Below, piece by piece: positions 36,619 to 46,460 of a DNA stretch of 64,000 nt (its first letter is position 1; each line of letters opens with the position of its first letter). The DNA comes from an uncultured Bacteroidales bacterium (lineage in GTDB: Bacteria; Bacteroidota; Bacteroidia; Bacteroidales; TTA-H9). The notes under the pieces are model-generated. The model saw nothing but the letters and a program-made list of their open reading frames with translations. It was not told where the DNA came from and ran no database searches. The position numbers and the translations under genes are program-made. The stretch lies in assembly GCA_964552325.1 (NCBI GenBank), contig CAZKHA010000003.1:671-64670 (forward strand), written 5' to 3'.

Positions 36619-39399
36619 ATGGGCAAATCACGACCAATATCGTGGGTAATTATTAAGGCTGTATTGGTCCTTATAACCATGTCGTTTATACTTCTGGCTA
36701 TCATTTCAGTGATTCACGAGTTAGTACAATTCAACAAGCAGGTAGCATTGCTACAAGATGAAATGTACGCTGAACAAAAAGATTTGATTGCCAGGCAGGT
36801 ACAACATACAATTGGGTTTATTGAATTCTCCCAGAAAAATATTGAGGACAAGCTGATAAAAGACTTGCAGCTTGAAGTCGAAAACATTGAGGCGAACTTG
36901 AAAGACGTAATGGCAGCCACGAATGATCAAACCAACAATAAAGCACTTATAGGGAGGTTATCCCTTTATCTTCATTCAACTAACAAATTTGGGGATAAGT
37001 TGTTGTCAATTAAATTGTTAGATGGTGAGGAGATTGTAACATTTTTTCCAAAAAATGATAGTTTGGCGTTGCTATACAAAGCATACATTTATAACAAGAA
37101 GCATACTTTAAATGAGTTGGAGTTGCTGAAGAAAGGTGAAAAGAATATTTTGTATCAAGTAGTAAATTCTTCAGATTCAATTGATAAAGCCTTCGTAACT
37201 ACCTTAACATACCTCAAAGCTATCAAGCCTTTAAATCTTTACATTAGTTTACAAACCCGTTTACCTGATTATCTAAGTTCAGATAAGCCTTTGTTTATTG
37301 ATTATTTGAGTGTTGCATACAATAAGGCCACATTCACGCCAGTTTTGTGTAGTAGCAAAGGTTTGCTGCTAACGGGCAGTATGTTTGGCAATAAACCACC
37401 CTTCTCCTTAGTCGATATAGTTGATTCTTATGGTGTTGGAATTTTTAGTGAGATTAATAAGGTAGCCTGGGATCAAAATGGAGGATTTGTACAGTTTTAC
37501 AATCCATTAAATCATGGTGGACAACCCGAAGAAATACTTGGATACTTTAAAGCCCTGCCCGACTGGAATTGGATTGTAGGCGCTTACACGAATTTGCGAG
37601 CCATTGATGCAAAAATTGCCAAGCAAGCTAAAGATAAGCGTAGGGATTTGGCTGTAAGGGTTTTTCAGATTATTGTAATCCTACTAATTTCATACCTTGG
37701 TATCGTGTTTGCCATGGCCTATATCTCTAAAAAGTTCACTCCTGAATTAAGTAAGTTTCAAGATGAAGTTAAAAAAGCAGTGGGCAATCATACTGAAATT
37801 AACCTTGATGGCCTAAAAATTACGGAGCTAAAAGAAATGGGGCTCCTCTTAAACGAAGTGTTAAATGTTCATTTTCAGATTCTTTATGTTTTAGAAAACA
37901 AAGAAGAAATGTATAGGTTAATTACCGAAAATTCAAATGACGCAATTTTTACGGTTAATGAACATGGTCGTTTTTTGTTTGTAACCTCTTCAATTCAGAA
38001 ACTTTTAGGATATGAAGCAGATTACTTAATTGGGAAACGGGTTTTGCATTTCCTTTCACATCAGTCACGCAAAGAATTGTTAAATAGAGTAAAGCAGAAT
38101 GAGTTGAAATTTCATAACTTTTTGAGTCATGTTATTGATTTTGAAATAGTTAATAGTGTAGGACGATTGTTAATAGTTGAAGTAAGCTTACGTTGTGTAC
38201 GCACGCCAGAAGGTGAGTTTATGTTTTATTCGGGTATGGCACGAAATGTTACACAATCGCGCATCGACCGTCAAGCACTAGTTGAAAGCGAAATGAAGTA
38301 TAAACTGTTGGCCGACAATATAAATGATGTTATCTGGACTTCAGATCTTAATTTGAATACAACTTATATTAGCCCATCGGTCTATCGTTTAGAAGGTTAT
38401 AAACCTGAAGAACGTAAAACATTAAGTATTGATAAAATTTTGACTCCCAGAAGTTTGCAGTATGTTAATGAACTGATGAATCGGATACTGCTTGAATATG
38501 CCGAAGGTTTGAGGGATTTTAAAGAATCCTCAGAGCTTTTTGATATTGAAATCATTCGAAAAGATGGTTCAAAGTTTTGGGCTGAAGTTAACGCGAGTCT
38601 AATGTTTGATACAGAAGGAAATGTGGTGGGAATTAGCGGCGTAACACGCGATATAAGTGATCGGAAAAAGATAGAAAACGCCTTAAAGGCCTCCGAAAAA
38701 AAACTTTTGGAGTTGAATGCCACAAAGGACAAATTCTTCTCCATTTTGGCTCATGACCTTAAAAATCCGTTTAATTCAATCCTTGGATTCTCGAATGAGT
38801 TGGTGCAAAACTACAACACGTACAACGATGAAGAACGCAAACAGTTTGTTTCTACTATTCAATCCTCAGCTCAGGGAGCCTACCAGTTGCTGGGTAATTT
38901 ATTGGAATGGTCAACCTTACAAACAGGACGCTTAAGTGTAAGTAAAACAAGTTTTTTTATGTTTGACCTGGTAAAGGAAGTGTTGTACGAAGTAACTGCG
39001 CAAGTTCTTGCGAAAAATATAGTACTTGAAAATCAAGTAAATAAAGAATTACAAGTTTATGCAGATCGCAAAATGATTGCCACCGTTATCCGAAACCTAA
39101 TCAGTAATGCAATTAAATTTACGGAAAAAAGTGGCTTTATCGCTATAAATTCTTCCATTTCAGGAGATATTGCAACAGTATCCGTTAAAGACTCTGGGAA
39201 GGGTATGAAACCGGAGCTGGTAATAAAATTGTTTAAAATTCAAGAGAAACTATCCACTGTTGGCACGGCTGGCGAAAAAGGTACCGGACTAGGGCTTATC
39301 CTTTGTAAGGAATTTGTTGAGCAGAACGGTGGAAAAATCTGGGTCAGCTCCAAATGGCAGGAGGGAAGCACCTTCTTTTTTACCCTTCAGAAAGTGTAA
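36619..39399 (+). CDS. Cache-domain / tandem PAS sensor histidine kinase
   Basis: TM, then a ~300-aa extracytoplasmic Cache-like region (ends ...LPDWNWIVGAYTNL), then a second TM. Two PAS domains, H-box AHDLKNPFNSI, HATPase (SNAIKFT, DSGKGM, GTGLGLILCKE). Confidence 0.85.
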   Translation: MGKSRPISWVIIKAVLVLITMSFILLAIISVIHELVQFNKQVALLQDEMYAEQKDLIARQVQHTIGFIEFSQKNIEDKLIKDLQLEVENIEANLKDVMAATNDQTNNKALIGRLSLYLHSTNKFGDKLLSIKLLDGEEIVTFFPKNDSLALLYKAYIYNKKHTLNELELLKKGEKNILYQVVNSSDSIDKAFVTTLTYLKAIKPLNLYISLQTRLPDYLSSDKPLFIDYLSVAYNKATFTPVLCSSKGLLLTGSMFGNKPPFSLVDIVDSYGVGIFSEINKVAWDQNGGFVQFYNPLNHGGQPEEILGYFKALPDWNWIVGAYTNLRAIDAKIAKQAKDKRRDLAVRVFQIIVILLISYLGIVFAMAYISKKFTPELSKFQDEVKKAVGNHTEINLDGLKITELKEMGLLLNEVLNVHFQILYVLENKEEMYRLITENSNDAIFTVNEHGRFLFVTSSIQKLLGYEADYLIGKRVLHFLSHQSRKELLNRVKQNELKFHNFLSHVIDFEIVNSVGRLLIVEVSLRCVRTPEGEFMFYSGMARNVTQSRIDRQALVESEMKYKLLADNINDVIWTSDLNLNTTYISPSVYRLEGYKPEERKTLSIDKILTPRSLQYVNELMNRILLEYAEGLRDFKESSELFDIEIIRKDGSKFWAEVNASLMFDTEGNVVGISGVTRDISDRKKIENALKASEKKLLELNATKDKFFSILAHDLKNPFNSILGFSNELVQNYNTYNDEERKQFVSTIQSSAQGAYQLLGNLLEWSTLQTGRLSVSKTSFFMFDLVKEVLYEVTAQVLAKNIVLENQVNKELQVYADRKMIATVIRNLISNAIKFTEKSGFIAINSSISGDIATVSVKDSGKGMKPELVIKLFKIQEKLSTVGTAGEKGTGLGLILCKEFVEQNGGKIWVSSKWQEGSTFFFTLQKV

Positions 39400-39401
39400 A
39401 C

Positions 39402-40430
39402 CTAATGTAACCACTTTTCGCGTTTAAACCAAGCAATGCTTTCTTTAAGTCCAGTTTCAAGGTCGAGCTTAGGTTTGTAGTTTAAATCCTTTATAGTGTC
39501 GCTAATATCACATTTCCAGTTCTTTGCGCGTAAAGTTAGGAATTTGTCGCGGTTAAGGGTTGGCGTGCTGTTAAAAATGCCATATGTGGTTTCTAAAAGC
39601 GAGCTTAAAAAACCAACTAAACCTAGCGGAATGGTAAGCTTGATTGCTTTTTTATTCAATAAGCGTTTGCAAAGGTCCCTATAGAAATCAGCCGTGTAGG
39701 TGTTACCATCCGTAACCAGGTAGGATTTATGGGAGTAAGGACTTTTTAGGGATTGTAATATAACATCAACCAAATCAGTAACATAAACAAACGTTAAGTA
39801 TTGGTCACGAAAACCAATTTTTGGCGCCAAACCTTTCTGTACGGTGCGAAGCATTAAAAAATAGTCTTTCTCTTTGGGTCCATAAACACCTGTAGGTCTG
39901 ATTATCAACCAGTTTAAATTAGTAAACGTTTGAAGATACTTTTCAGCCAAAAGCTTGCTTTTTCCATATGCTGTATTAGGTGATGGCGCAGAAGCACTTG
40001 TGATGGGAGCTAAGGTTTTTTCATTGCCAGGGCCAAGTGCTGCCAAACTGCTAACAAGCACGAATTTCTTTAGATTTATATTGGCTCCTAACAGTGCATC
40101 AATCAAATTTTTGGTATAAGTATAGTTTACAAGTTCAAATTCACCTACTTTATTGGTTTTGGTAATGCCAGCATTATGAATTACATAGTCAATTTGACCA
40201 TGCGTGCTTAAAAGCTTGGCAAAGATATTTTTGAGTTCATCCACATTCGAAAAATCAACAGTTTCAACATGGCAATTTTGCTCTTTTAACCATTTTGAAT
40301 TGCTATTGGCTCGGGTTAGCGCAATAAGCTGAAATCCATCCTTTAAGGCTTTCTCGGTTATAAAAGAACCTATGAAGCCAGTGGCTCCAGTTAAAATGAT
40401 AATAGGTTTTGCGTTAGGGTTTTGTATCAT
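39402..40430 (-). CDS. NAD-dependent epimerase/dehydratase family protein
   Basis: Rossmann IIILTGATGFIGSF and catalytic YGKSK. I prefer ATG 40430 (MIQNPNAK), which overlaps the miaA 3' end by 17 nt. The ORF track extends to 40496. Confidence 0.8.
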   Translation of the reverse strand: MIQNPNAKPIIILTGATGFIGSFITEKALKDGFQLIALTRANSNSKWLKEQNCHVETVDFSNVDELKNIFAKLLSTHGQIDYVIHNAGITKTNKVGEFELVNYTYTKNLIDALLGANINLKKFVLVSSLAALGPGNEKTLAPITSASAPSPNTAYGKSKLLAEKYLQTFTNLNWLIIRPTGVYGPKEKDYFLMLRTVQKGLAPKIGFRDQYLTFVYVTDLVDVILQSLKSPYSHKSYLVTDGNTYTADFYRDLCKRLLNKKAIKLTIPLGLVGFLSSLLETTYGIFNSTPTLNRDKFLTLRAKNWKCDISDTIKDLNYKPKLDLETGLKESIAWFKREKWLH

Positions 40431-41340
40431 GGAGGCTATGGTCTTTGTACATGCTGGCAATAAGTTCAATTTTTTCATCTTCAGGCTTGTACCCATCTAT
40501 CCAATGGATTACGGTACCGTTTTTTTCCATTCGCCTAAACCAGGTTGTTTGTCGTTTCGCGAATTGATGAATGGCTGTATTTAATGATTCAAATAGCTGG
40601 TTATAAGTTATATTACCTATTAAATAATGCGAGATGTACCGGTATTCAAGGCCATAAAAACCAAGCATCTCAACGGATACGCCTTCGTCAATTAGTTGTT
40701 TTACTTCCTCAACCATACCATTATCGAGCCTTTGCTTAAGACGATTGGTAATACGTTGCCTGATGGTTGAGCGTTCAAACTTTATACCTATCACAATCCC
40801 AGGTATTTCTATGGTTTTTTTTGGTGTATAGGTTTTAAGATAAGTTTGGATTTCGATTGCACGAACAAGTCGATCCAAATCCACACTATCGGTTGTGTTA
40901 TGAATTTCTTTAAAGGACTTAAGCCGTTCGATTAGCTGTTCGTTTGATAGCAAAGCAAGGCTACTTCTAAGTTCTTCATTTATAGGTACCTTAGGCAATT
41001 TGTAACCCTTTAGGGCAGCTTCAAGATACAAACCCGTTCCACCGCAAAGTATAACTTGTTTTGACCTGGAGGTAATGTTGTTATAGGCATTGTAAAAGTG
41101 CTCAAGAAAGTCAAAAACACTAAACTCCGAACCCGGTTCCGCGATGTCGAGTAAGTGATAAGGAATACGGACCCCGTTATAGGTATAATCTTCAATATCC
41201 TTACCGGTTCCAATATCCATACGCCTAAAAACTTGCCTTGAGTCGGCGCTAATAATTTCTGCACCAATACGTGATGCTACGCCTGCTGAAATACGCGTTT
41301 TGCCAGTAGCTGTGGGACCTAGGATGGTTAGCATGCTCAC
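40414..41340 (-). CDS. miaA: tRNA dimethylallyltransferase
   Basis: P-loop ILGPTATGKT, DSRQVFRRMDIGTGK, GGTGLY, and C-terminal AKRQTTWFRR. Confidence 0.9.
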   Translation of the reverse strand: MSMLTILGPTATGKTRISAGVASRIGAEIISADSRQVFRRMDIGTGKDIEDYTYNGVRIPYHLLDIAEPGSEFSVFDFLEHFYNAYNNITSRSKQVILCGGTGLYLEAALKGYKLPKVPINEELRSSLALLSNEQLIERLKSFKEIHNTTDSVDLDRLVRAIEIQTYLKTYTPKKTIEIPGIVIGIKFERSTIRQRITNRLKQRLDNGMVEEVKQLIDEGVSVEMLGFYGLEYRYISHYLIGNITYNQLFESLNTAIHQFAKRQTTWFRRMEKNGTVIHWIDGYKPEDEKIELIASMYKDHSLHDTKP

Positions 41341-42560
41341 AAACTTGTTAAAGGGTTATTGATGAGAATATTATCTTCAGTTTCAACCAAGAAATCCCTT
41401 AACAAATTTAACTCATTAATGCTTTGTTGTTGAAAATTTAGATTCGTAATTAGTGGATGTTGCTTATTGAAATCATCATAGAATATTGATATAAAATGCT
41501 TTAGGTTGTTCTCATCCTTAGTTGGGTTTACATCTGCACTTGTTTTTAGAAACTGTAGGATTCGCAATGCATCAACCTTTATCCTGCAGGCTTTTACAAA
41601 CGATTCTTCGTTTTTTGAATTCTTTCGCAAAGGAATCCACCATAGCTTATCCTTAAAAATTCTTGCTAAGAAATCATTCATTGGAAAGTCAACATCTGAT
41701 TTGTAAAGTTCAGGAAATGAATCGAATGATTCTTTAACTTGATCGAATAATTGGTAGGGGTAGATGGGATAGCTATTCCAATCGCCTTTAGCGCCTTTAA
41801 TAAGTGCTGGGCCTGTGCCAAAAAACACTCTATCAGAATAACGTGCCGAGGGATAAACTTTACAAGGTGTTGTGCGTAATAAACTTCCTGATTTACAAAG
41901 TTTTAAAATGAAGTAGAAATCCTCACCACTTTTATGGGGCGTTATCCCGTTAACTTTTTTATAGTGTTTTATGGTGCAAGCCATCCCCGAGCCAATGGCA
42001 GTAAATGCATAGGGGTTACCAATCCTAAGCATATTCAATGCATAATTGCGCATATAGAACTCATACCTCAGGATATTTCTGTCAATTGCTTCATCACCAG
42101 TTAGTTTGTGATAATAGGGAATTGAAAGCCCTGAAACATTGGCATGCGTATTAAAGGAATTGACGATGGAACCCAAAAACCCAGGTTCATAAACAGAATC
42201 GGCATCCAGGCTCACGATTAAATCATCTGGTTCACCTTGTTGCGAGGCATAATCCATTGGAACTTTACGTGCCCAACCCACGCCATAATTTTTGTTATCC
42301 CAACCCAAATGCTTCGAAGATCGGTCGAAAACGGTTGATTTAAACGAAAATTTTTTGTTTAATAGATTTATGCACAAGGCATTATCTTCTCCAACCCATT
42401 GCTTTATCGGGTTATCCCAATAAGAATCGGGCTGATTAACACAAAATACCACTTCAAAATTCGGATAGTCCTGTTCGGCTAAACAATCGAGTAGGGCAGG
42501 AAGGTATGCTGATTCGGCCATGATTGGTACTATCGCATAAACCTTTCTTAAATCACTCAT
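41337..42560 (-). CDS. Family 2 glycosyltransferase
   Basis: YAIVPIMAESAYLPALLDCLAEQDYPNFEVVFCVNQ and the SLDADS (DxD-like) motif. The stop overlaps the miaA start (4 nt). Confidence 0.7.
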   Translation of the reverse strand: MSDLRKVYAIVPIMAESAYLPALLDCLAEQDYPNFEVVFCVNQPDSYWDNPIKQWVGEDNALCINLLNKKFSFKSTVFDRSSKHLGWDNKNYGVGWARKVPMDYASQQGEPDDLIVSLDADSVYEPGFLGSIVNSFNTHANVSGLSIPYYHKLTGDEAIDRNILRYEFYMRNYALNMLRIGNPYAFTAIGSGMACTIKHYKKVNGITPHKSGEDFYFILKLCKSGSLLRTTPCKVYPSARYSDRVFFGTGPALIKGAKGDWNSYPIYPYQLFDQVKESFDSFPELYKSDVDFPMNDFLARIFKDKLWWIPLRKNSKNEESFVKACRIKVDALRILQFLKTSADVNPTKDENNLKHFISIFYDDFNKQHPLITNLNFQQQSINELNLLRDFLVETEDNILINNPLTSL

Positions 42561-42609
42561 AATTATTTACTTGGAATGGCCTATATAAAGCTTTAGGTTT
42601 TATGAAAAA

Positions 42610-43005
42610 TTACTGGATGCTTGTGTTAACTATCATTATTGGCGGATCTTGGATTGTTTTCTTTACTGCGCAAAGCTCAGCCACCTTAACTAATGATTCT
42701 TTATATTTATCAGGAAATGTGGCTGGTAATTGTATTGTGATCGTAATTTGGCCCATTTTTTTGGCTACAGCGTCCCATTCCATTGTTTGGTCAAGGCTTA
42801 TTCCATCCGTAGAAATGCCTCTTTGGTCGCAAAAGGATTTAACATAAATACCTGCACAGGTGCCTAGTGAAGCCAAAAAAAGATCATAAGGAGCTGGGGC
42901 TGTATTTTCACCTCCCGAATGGCTGGGTTGGTCGGTTTTTATTACATGGCCATTTACATGGGCATTTATCTTCTTGTTTCCCTCGAAAGTGATTTTAATA
43001 TTCAT
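42610..43005 (-). CDS. OsmC family protein
   Basis: 131 aa with GGENTAPAPYDLFLASLGTCAGI and VAELCAV cysteine motifs typical of OsmC/Ohr-like proteins. Confidence 0.8.
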   Translation of the reverse strand: MNIKITFEGNKKINAHVNGHVIKTDQPSHSGGENTAPAPYDLFLASLGTCAGIYVKSFCDQRGISTDGISLDQTMEWDAVAKKMGQITITIQLPATFPDKYKESLVKVAELCAVKKTIQDPPIMIVNTSIQ

Positions 43006-43091
43006 TTTAAGTATTGATTATATGTTATATATATGGCTTATCTTATTTCATGCTTTAAGTAAAATCCGACGGAAGTGTGACAGTATGTTGG

Positions 43092-43691
43092 TCAATTTCC
43101 TTTAAACAGTAGCTTCGAAATCTTTGATAAGGTTCCTCTTGGCATCGATTTTAGGTAAACCCTCCGACGCGTTACGAGGTCTTTCAATTCATTGAGCATA
43201 TCAGCATTAACTTCTTTTGCTAAAGGGAAAACATATTTCTCGGTTTCATCCAAATAACTGATCATTCTATCATAACCCTTTGCATCTAAATGCAAATCAG
43301 TTAGATTGCTAATTCTATCAGCACACTTTAGGATTTTGGCCTCTTTTGATCCTTCGTTAAGAATTCGGTTGTAAAACTCAATTTTTGACTCACCAGGGCG
43401 TTGTGATACTTCTAATACCAATTTCACGACTTTTTCTTCATCGCCATCATGTATTTTAATGATATCCTCAGTGGAAGCAGCTTCAAAATCTTCGATTAGA
43501 TCGTGAATGGTGGCAGCTTTAAGTAACACTGAATCAATATAATGGTAATCAATAAGAATTACCATGGTTGCCATACAATGCCGGAATTGATTTCCTCCAA
43601 TTTTGCGTTTAACACCTACCAGAGCCCAGGCTTTTTGAATGTAAGGGGCTAGCACTACGGCCGAAAGCTTGTCTTTTTCAGAATTATCCAT
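43092..43691 (-). CDS. HD-domain hydrolase resembling small (p)ppGpp hydrolases (SpoT/Mesh1-type HD)
   Basis: FRHCMATMVIL...AATIHDLIED (H...HD) and KCADRISNL, resembling the KxADRLHNL motif of RelA/SpoT hydrolase domains. 199 aa, with no synthetase domain. Confidence 0.55.
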   Translation of the reverse strand: MDNSEKDKLSAVVLAPYIQKAWALVGVKRKIGGNQFRHCMATMVILIDYHYIDSVLLKAATIHDLIEDFEAASTEDIIKIHDGDEEKVVKLVLEVSQRPGESKIEFYNRILNEGSKEAKILKCADRISNLTDLHLDAKGYDRMISYLDETEKYVFPLAKEVNADMLNELKDLVTRRRVYLKSMPRGTLSKISKLLFKGN

Positions 43692-43713
43692 ACAGTTGAT
43701 TGATTTGGATTAG

Positions 43714-43721
43714 CAAAGTTA
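43714..43721 (-). promoter_or_regulatory. Candidate -7 box (TAACTTTG) for the HD hydrolase gene
   Basis: TAnnTTTG match on the minus strand, 23 nt upstream of the ATG at 43691. Confidence 0.4.
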
Positions 43722-43816
43722 CTGCTTCCAAGTGTATGAAGAGCTCAGAAAATGGCAAAACGAGAATATTTTTTCGTTTATATGAACGATAAGAACATGC
43801 CTTATTTGATAGATGT

Positions 43817-45190
43817 TTATAAGCTCCTGAAAATCAATTTTCCTTGCATTGTATTATCGGGTAAATGATTGTTATTCACAAATTTACCATTAACAACACT
43901 GTGTAGGGGCAAGCCTTGGCTTTCGAAGCCTTCATAAATTGATGTGTCACATGATGATACCTGGTTTTTGGCTGAAATTATTTGGGTTTTGTTGAAGTCC
44001 CATATCACCAAATCTGCATCATACCCAGGGGCTATTCTACCTTTTGAAGTGAGTCCAAAGATGGAAGAAGGGTTTGTGGCCACTAATGCAACTAATTGGT
44101 TTATAGTTATTTTATTGGTTACTACCCCATATTTGTACATTAATTGGATTCGATTTTCAATACCTCCAGCACCATTAGGAATCAAGGTAAAATTGTTGCT
44201 GCCTTTATCTTTTTGGCCCACAAGGTTAAATGGGCAATGGTCAGTGGCAAGGGTTTGGATGGTTTGGTTTTGTATTCCCTTCCACAATGCTTCACTATGC
44301 TCCGAGCTTCGTATAGGCGGGCTAATTACATAAGGCGCTGCTTTAATAAATTCTTGATTATAAACATCTTCGTTCAGCAACAAATACTGAGGGCAAGTTT
44401 CGGAAAATACTTTAATTCCTTTCAATTGAGCATCTTTAATTAAGTCAACTGAACCTTTGGTAGATGTATGGACTATATATACTCGGCAGTTCGTTCGTTT
44501 GGCCAAATCAATTACACGTTCAACGGCAATTGATTCAACTTCGGGTGGCCTGCTCAGCGCATGGTACATAGGTGAGGTTTTGCCCTGACTTAAAAAACGA
44601 TGTTGCAGTCGTTCTATTTCATCACCCTCTTCAGCATGAACTGTAACTACACCACCATGATAACCAACTACCTGCATAATTTTTTCAAGATCAGGAATGC
44701 TTATTCCAATCGAGTTTTTATATGCAAGGTACACTTTAAACGAAGTAATTCCTTCATTTATAATGCAATGCTCAATTTCGAGCTTCAGTTTAGCATCCCA
44801 CCAAGTTACGCCCATATGGAAGCTGTAATCAATTATACTTGCTTGTGCCTCCTGTTTTCTTAACCGCAGGGCTTCGAGCAGCGATTGCCCTTTATTTGGG
44901 GTTACAAAGTCAATTATTGCGGTAGTACCTCCTGCAAGTGCAGCCTTACTACCATTTAAAAAGTCATCACATGAATATCCAGCCGGCGTAGGAAGGTGAA
45001 AATGCACATGTGGGTCAACCCCACCCGGAAGAACCGTAAAACCTGAGGCGTCAACTATTTCAATATCAGATGGTAATTGGCTCCCTAATGGTAACAAATC
45101 CAAAATTTTGCCACCAGAAAGATGTATATGTGCATTTTGGGTACAATCTGCGTTTACAACTAATGCATTGGTTATAATTAAGTTATCCAT
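43817..45190 (-). CDS. hyuA: D-hydantoinase/dihydropyrimidinase-type cyclic amidohydrolase (E. coli HyuA/YgeZ-like)
   Basis: GGVDPHVHFHLP metal motif, SFKVYLAY (carbamylated Lys region), VTVHAE, YIVHTST, ATDHCPF. By eye it is collinear with E. coli HyuA. The start overlaps ssnA by 8 nt. Confidence 0.85.
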   Translation of the reverse strand: MDNLIITNALVVNADCTQNAHIHLSGGKILDLLPLGSQLPSDIEIVDASGFTVLPGGVDPHVHFHLPTPAGYSCDDFLNGSKAALAGGTTAIIDFVTPNKGQSLLEALRLRKQEAQASIIDYSFHMGVTWWDAKLKLEIEHCIINEGITSFKVYLAYKNSIGISIPDLEKIMQVVGYHGGVVTVHAEEGDEIERLQHRFLSQGKTSPMYHALSRPPEVESIAVERVIDLAKRTNCRVYIVHTSTKGSVDLIKDAQLKGIKVFSETCPQYLLLNEDVYNQEFIKAAPYVISPPIRSSEHSEALWKGIQNQTIQTLATDHCPFNLVGQKDKGSNNFTLIPNGAGGIENRIQLMYKYGVVTNKITINQLVALVATNPSSIFGLTSKGRIAPGYDADLVIWDFNKTQIISAKNQVSSCDTSIYEGFESQGLPLHSVVNGKFVNNNHLPDNTMQGKLIFRSL

Positions 45191-46460
45191 TTTGCTGCAT
45201 CAATTTCCAAAGCTTCGTCGAAAGCTTCCTTGATTCCTGGAGTATTACAGTCTCATCAATTTTGGTGGCAACATAATTCTCAACAATTAACTTACCACTT
45301 GAAATAACATGTTGTATATGTCTAGATTCCAGTCCATAAAATACATGACCAACAAAATTGGCACTCGTAACCTCGGTCGGAGAATCATAGTCGAGTACAA
45401 TAAGGTTGTTATCTCCATCACCTATAAAGCCATTTTGGTTAATGTAATGATGCACATTTCGTAACCATTGATAAACCGTAGGCAGTTGGATACCATTTTG
45501 TGCATTTTGCTCGAGCCAAGTAATTCGAGCACTTCTCAGCATATCGCTATGCATTCCATCGGTACCAAGCATTATTTTTTGGCCGATGCCAGTTGGGTTA
45601 AACGAACCAACGCGATTGTTAAGATTACTGTCGGTGTTGATGGCTACATACGTATTTGATAAGCTAATTAGCTCTTTTTCAGTATCTGAAAGATGCAGGC
45701 AATGTGCAAAGATGTTTTTATTGAGTTCAAAAGCGCCAGCATTATAGAGCCGTTCACCTACGCTTTGTTTGTAGTTTTTTTGTGCATCATATTGATCAAC
45801 AGTATCTTCGGCAACATGGATATGGATTCCAGTCTGAAGTTTTGAAGCTAATTCAACTGCATTTTTCAAGGTTTCGTCACCAACCGTAAAGGATGCATGG
45901 AGCCCAACCAGCACTTGATTAATAGCTGAATACGCACGAGTTTCATCAAAAGCTTCCTGGGTTTTGGCATTGCCATACCTATCAGTGATTTCGTAGCACA
46001 ATAAGTGACTAACACCAACTAAATCAAATGCTTGTGCGATAATTTCGAGAGAGCCTTTTAAATAGTTTGGTGAAGCATGATGATCAATAACAAAGGTGCA
46101 TCCCCTTTTAGCACAAGCAATTGCGGTTGTAAGCGCACTTAATTGCACCATTTCGCGTGTTAGGCTTTTATCCAATGGCCACCAAATGTATTTTAAGGTT
46201 TCTTCAAAGTTGCTTGGGGCGATTTTGGGAGGTGTCATTCCTCTAGCCAATGAACTGTAAACATGGTGATGTCCATTGCCAAATGATTTGGTAATGAGCT
46301 TTCCGGTGCAATCAATAATTTGCAAGTTTTTTACAAACTGCAGGTTCTGAGGCTTTTCGAAGAGGATTTTTCCATTCGGGCCTTCCTCAACAAATACGTC
46401 AGCAGTTTTAAACTCCAAAGTTTTCCAGTCAATAAATGTTCCGTTTTTTAAGTGTATCAT
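45183..46460 (-). CDS. ssnA: SsnA-type aminohydrolase (chlorohydrolase/deaminase superfamily)
   Basis: GNGHHHVYSSLARGM, WWPLDKSL, FVIDHHASPNYLKGSL, HIHVAEDTVD and LGTDGMHSDM closely parallel E. coli SsnA. The start overlaps the hydroxylase stop (4 nt). Confidence 0.85.
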   Translation of the reverse strand: MIHLKNGTFIDWKTLEFKTADVFVEEGPNGKILFEKPQNLQFVKNLQIIDCTGKLITKSFGNGHHHVYSSLARGMTPPKIAPSNFEETLKYIWWPLDKSLTREMVQLSALTTAIACAKRGCTFVIDHHASPNYLKGSLEIIAQAFDLVGVSHLLCYEITDRYGNAKTQEAFDETRAYSAINQVLVGLHASFTVGDETLKNAVELASKLQTGIHIHVAEDTVDQYDAQKNYKQSVGERLYNAGAFELNKNIFAHCLHLSDTEKELISLSNTYVAINTDSNLNNRVGSFNPTGIGQKIMLGTDGMHSDMLRSARITWLEQNAQNGIQLPTVYQWLRNVHHYINQNGFIGDGDNNLIVLDYDSPTEVTSANFVGHVFYGLESRHIQHVISSGKLIVENYVATKIDETVILQESRKLSTKLWKLMQQNG

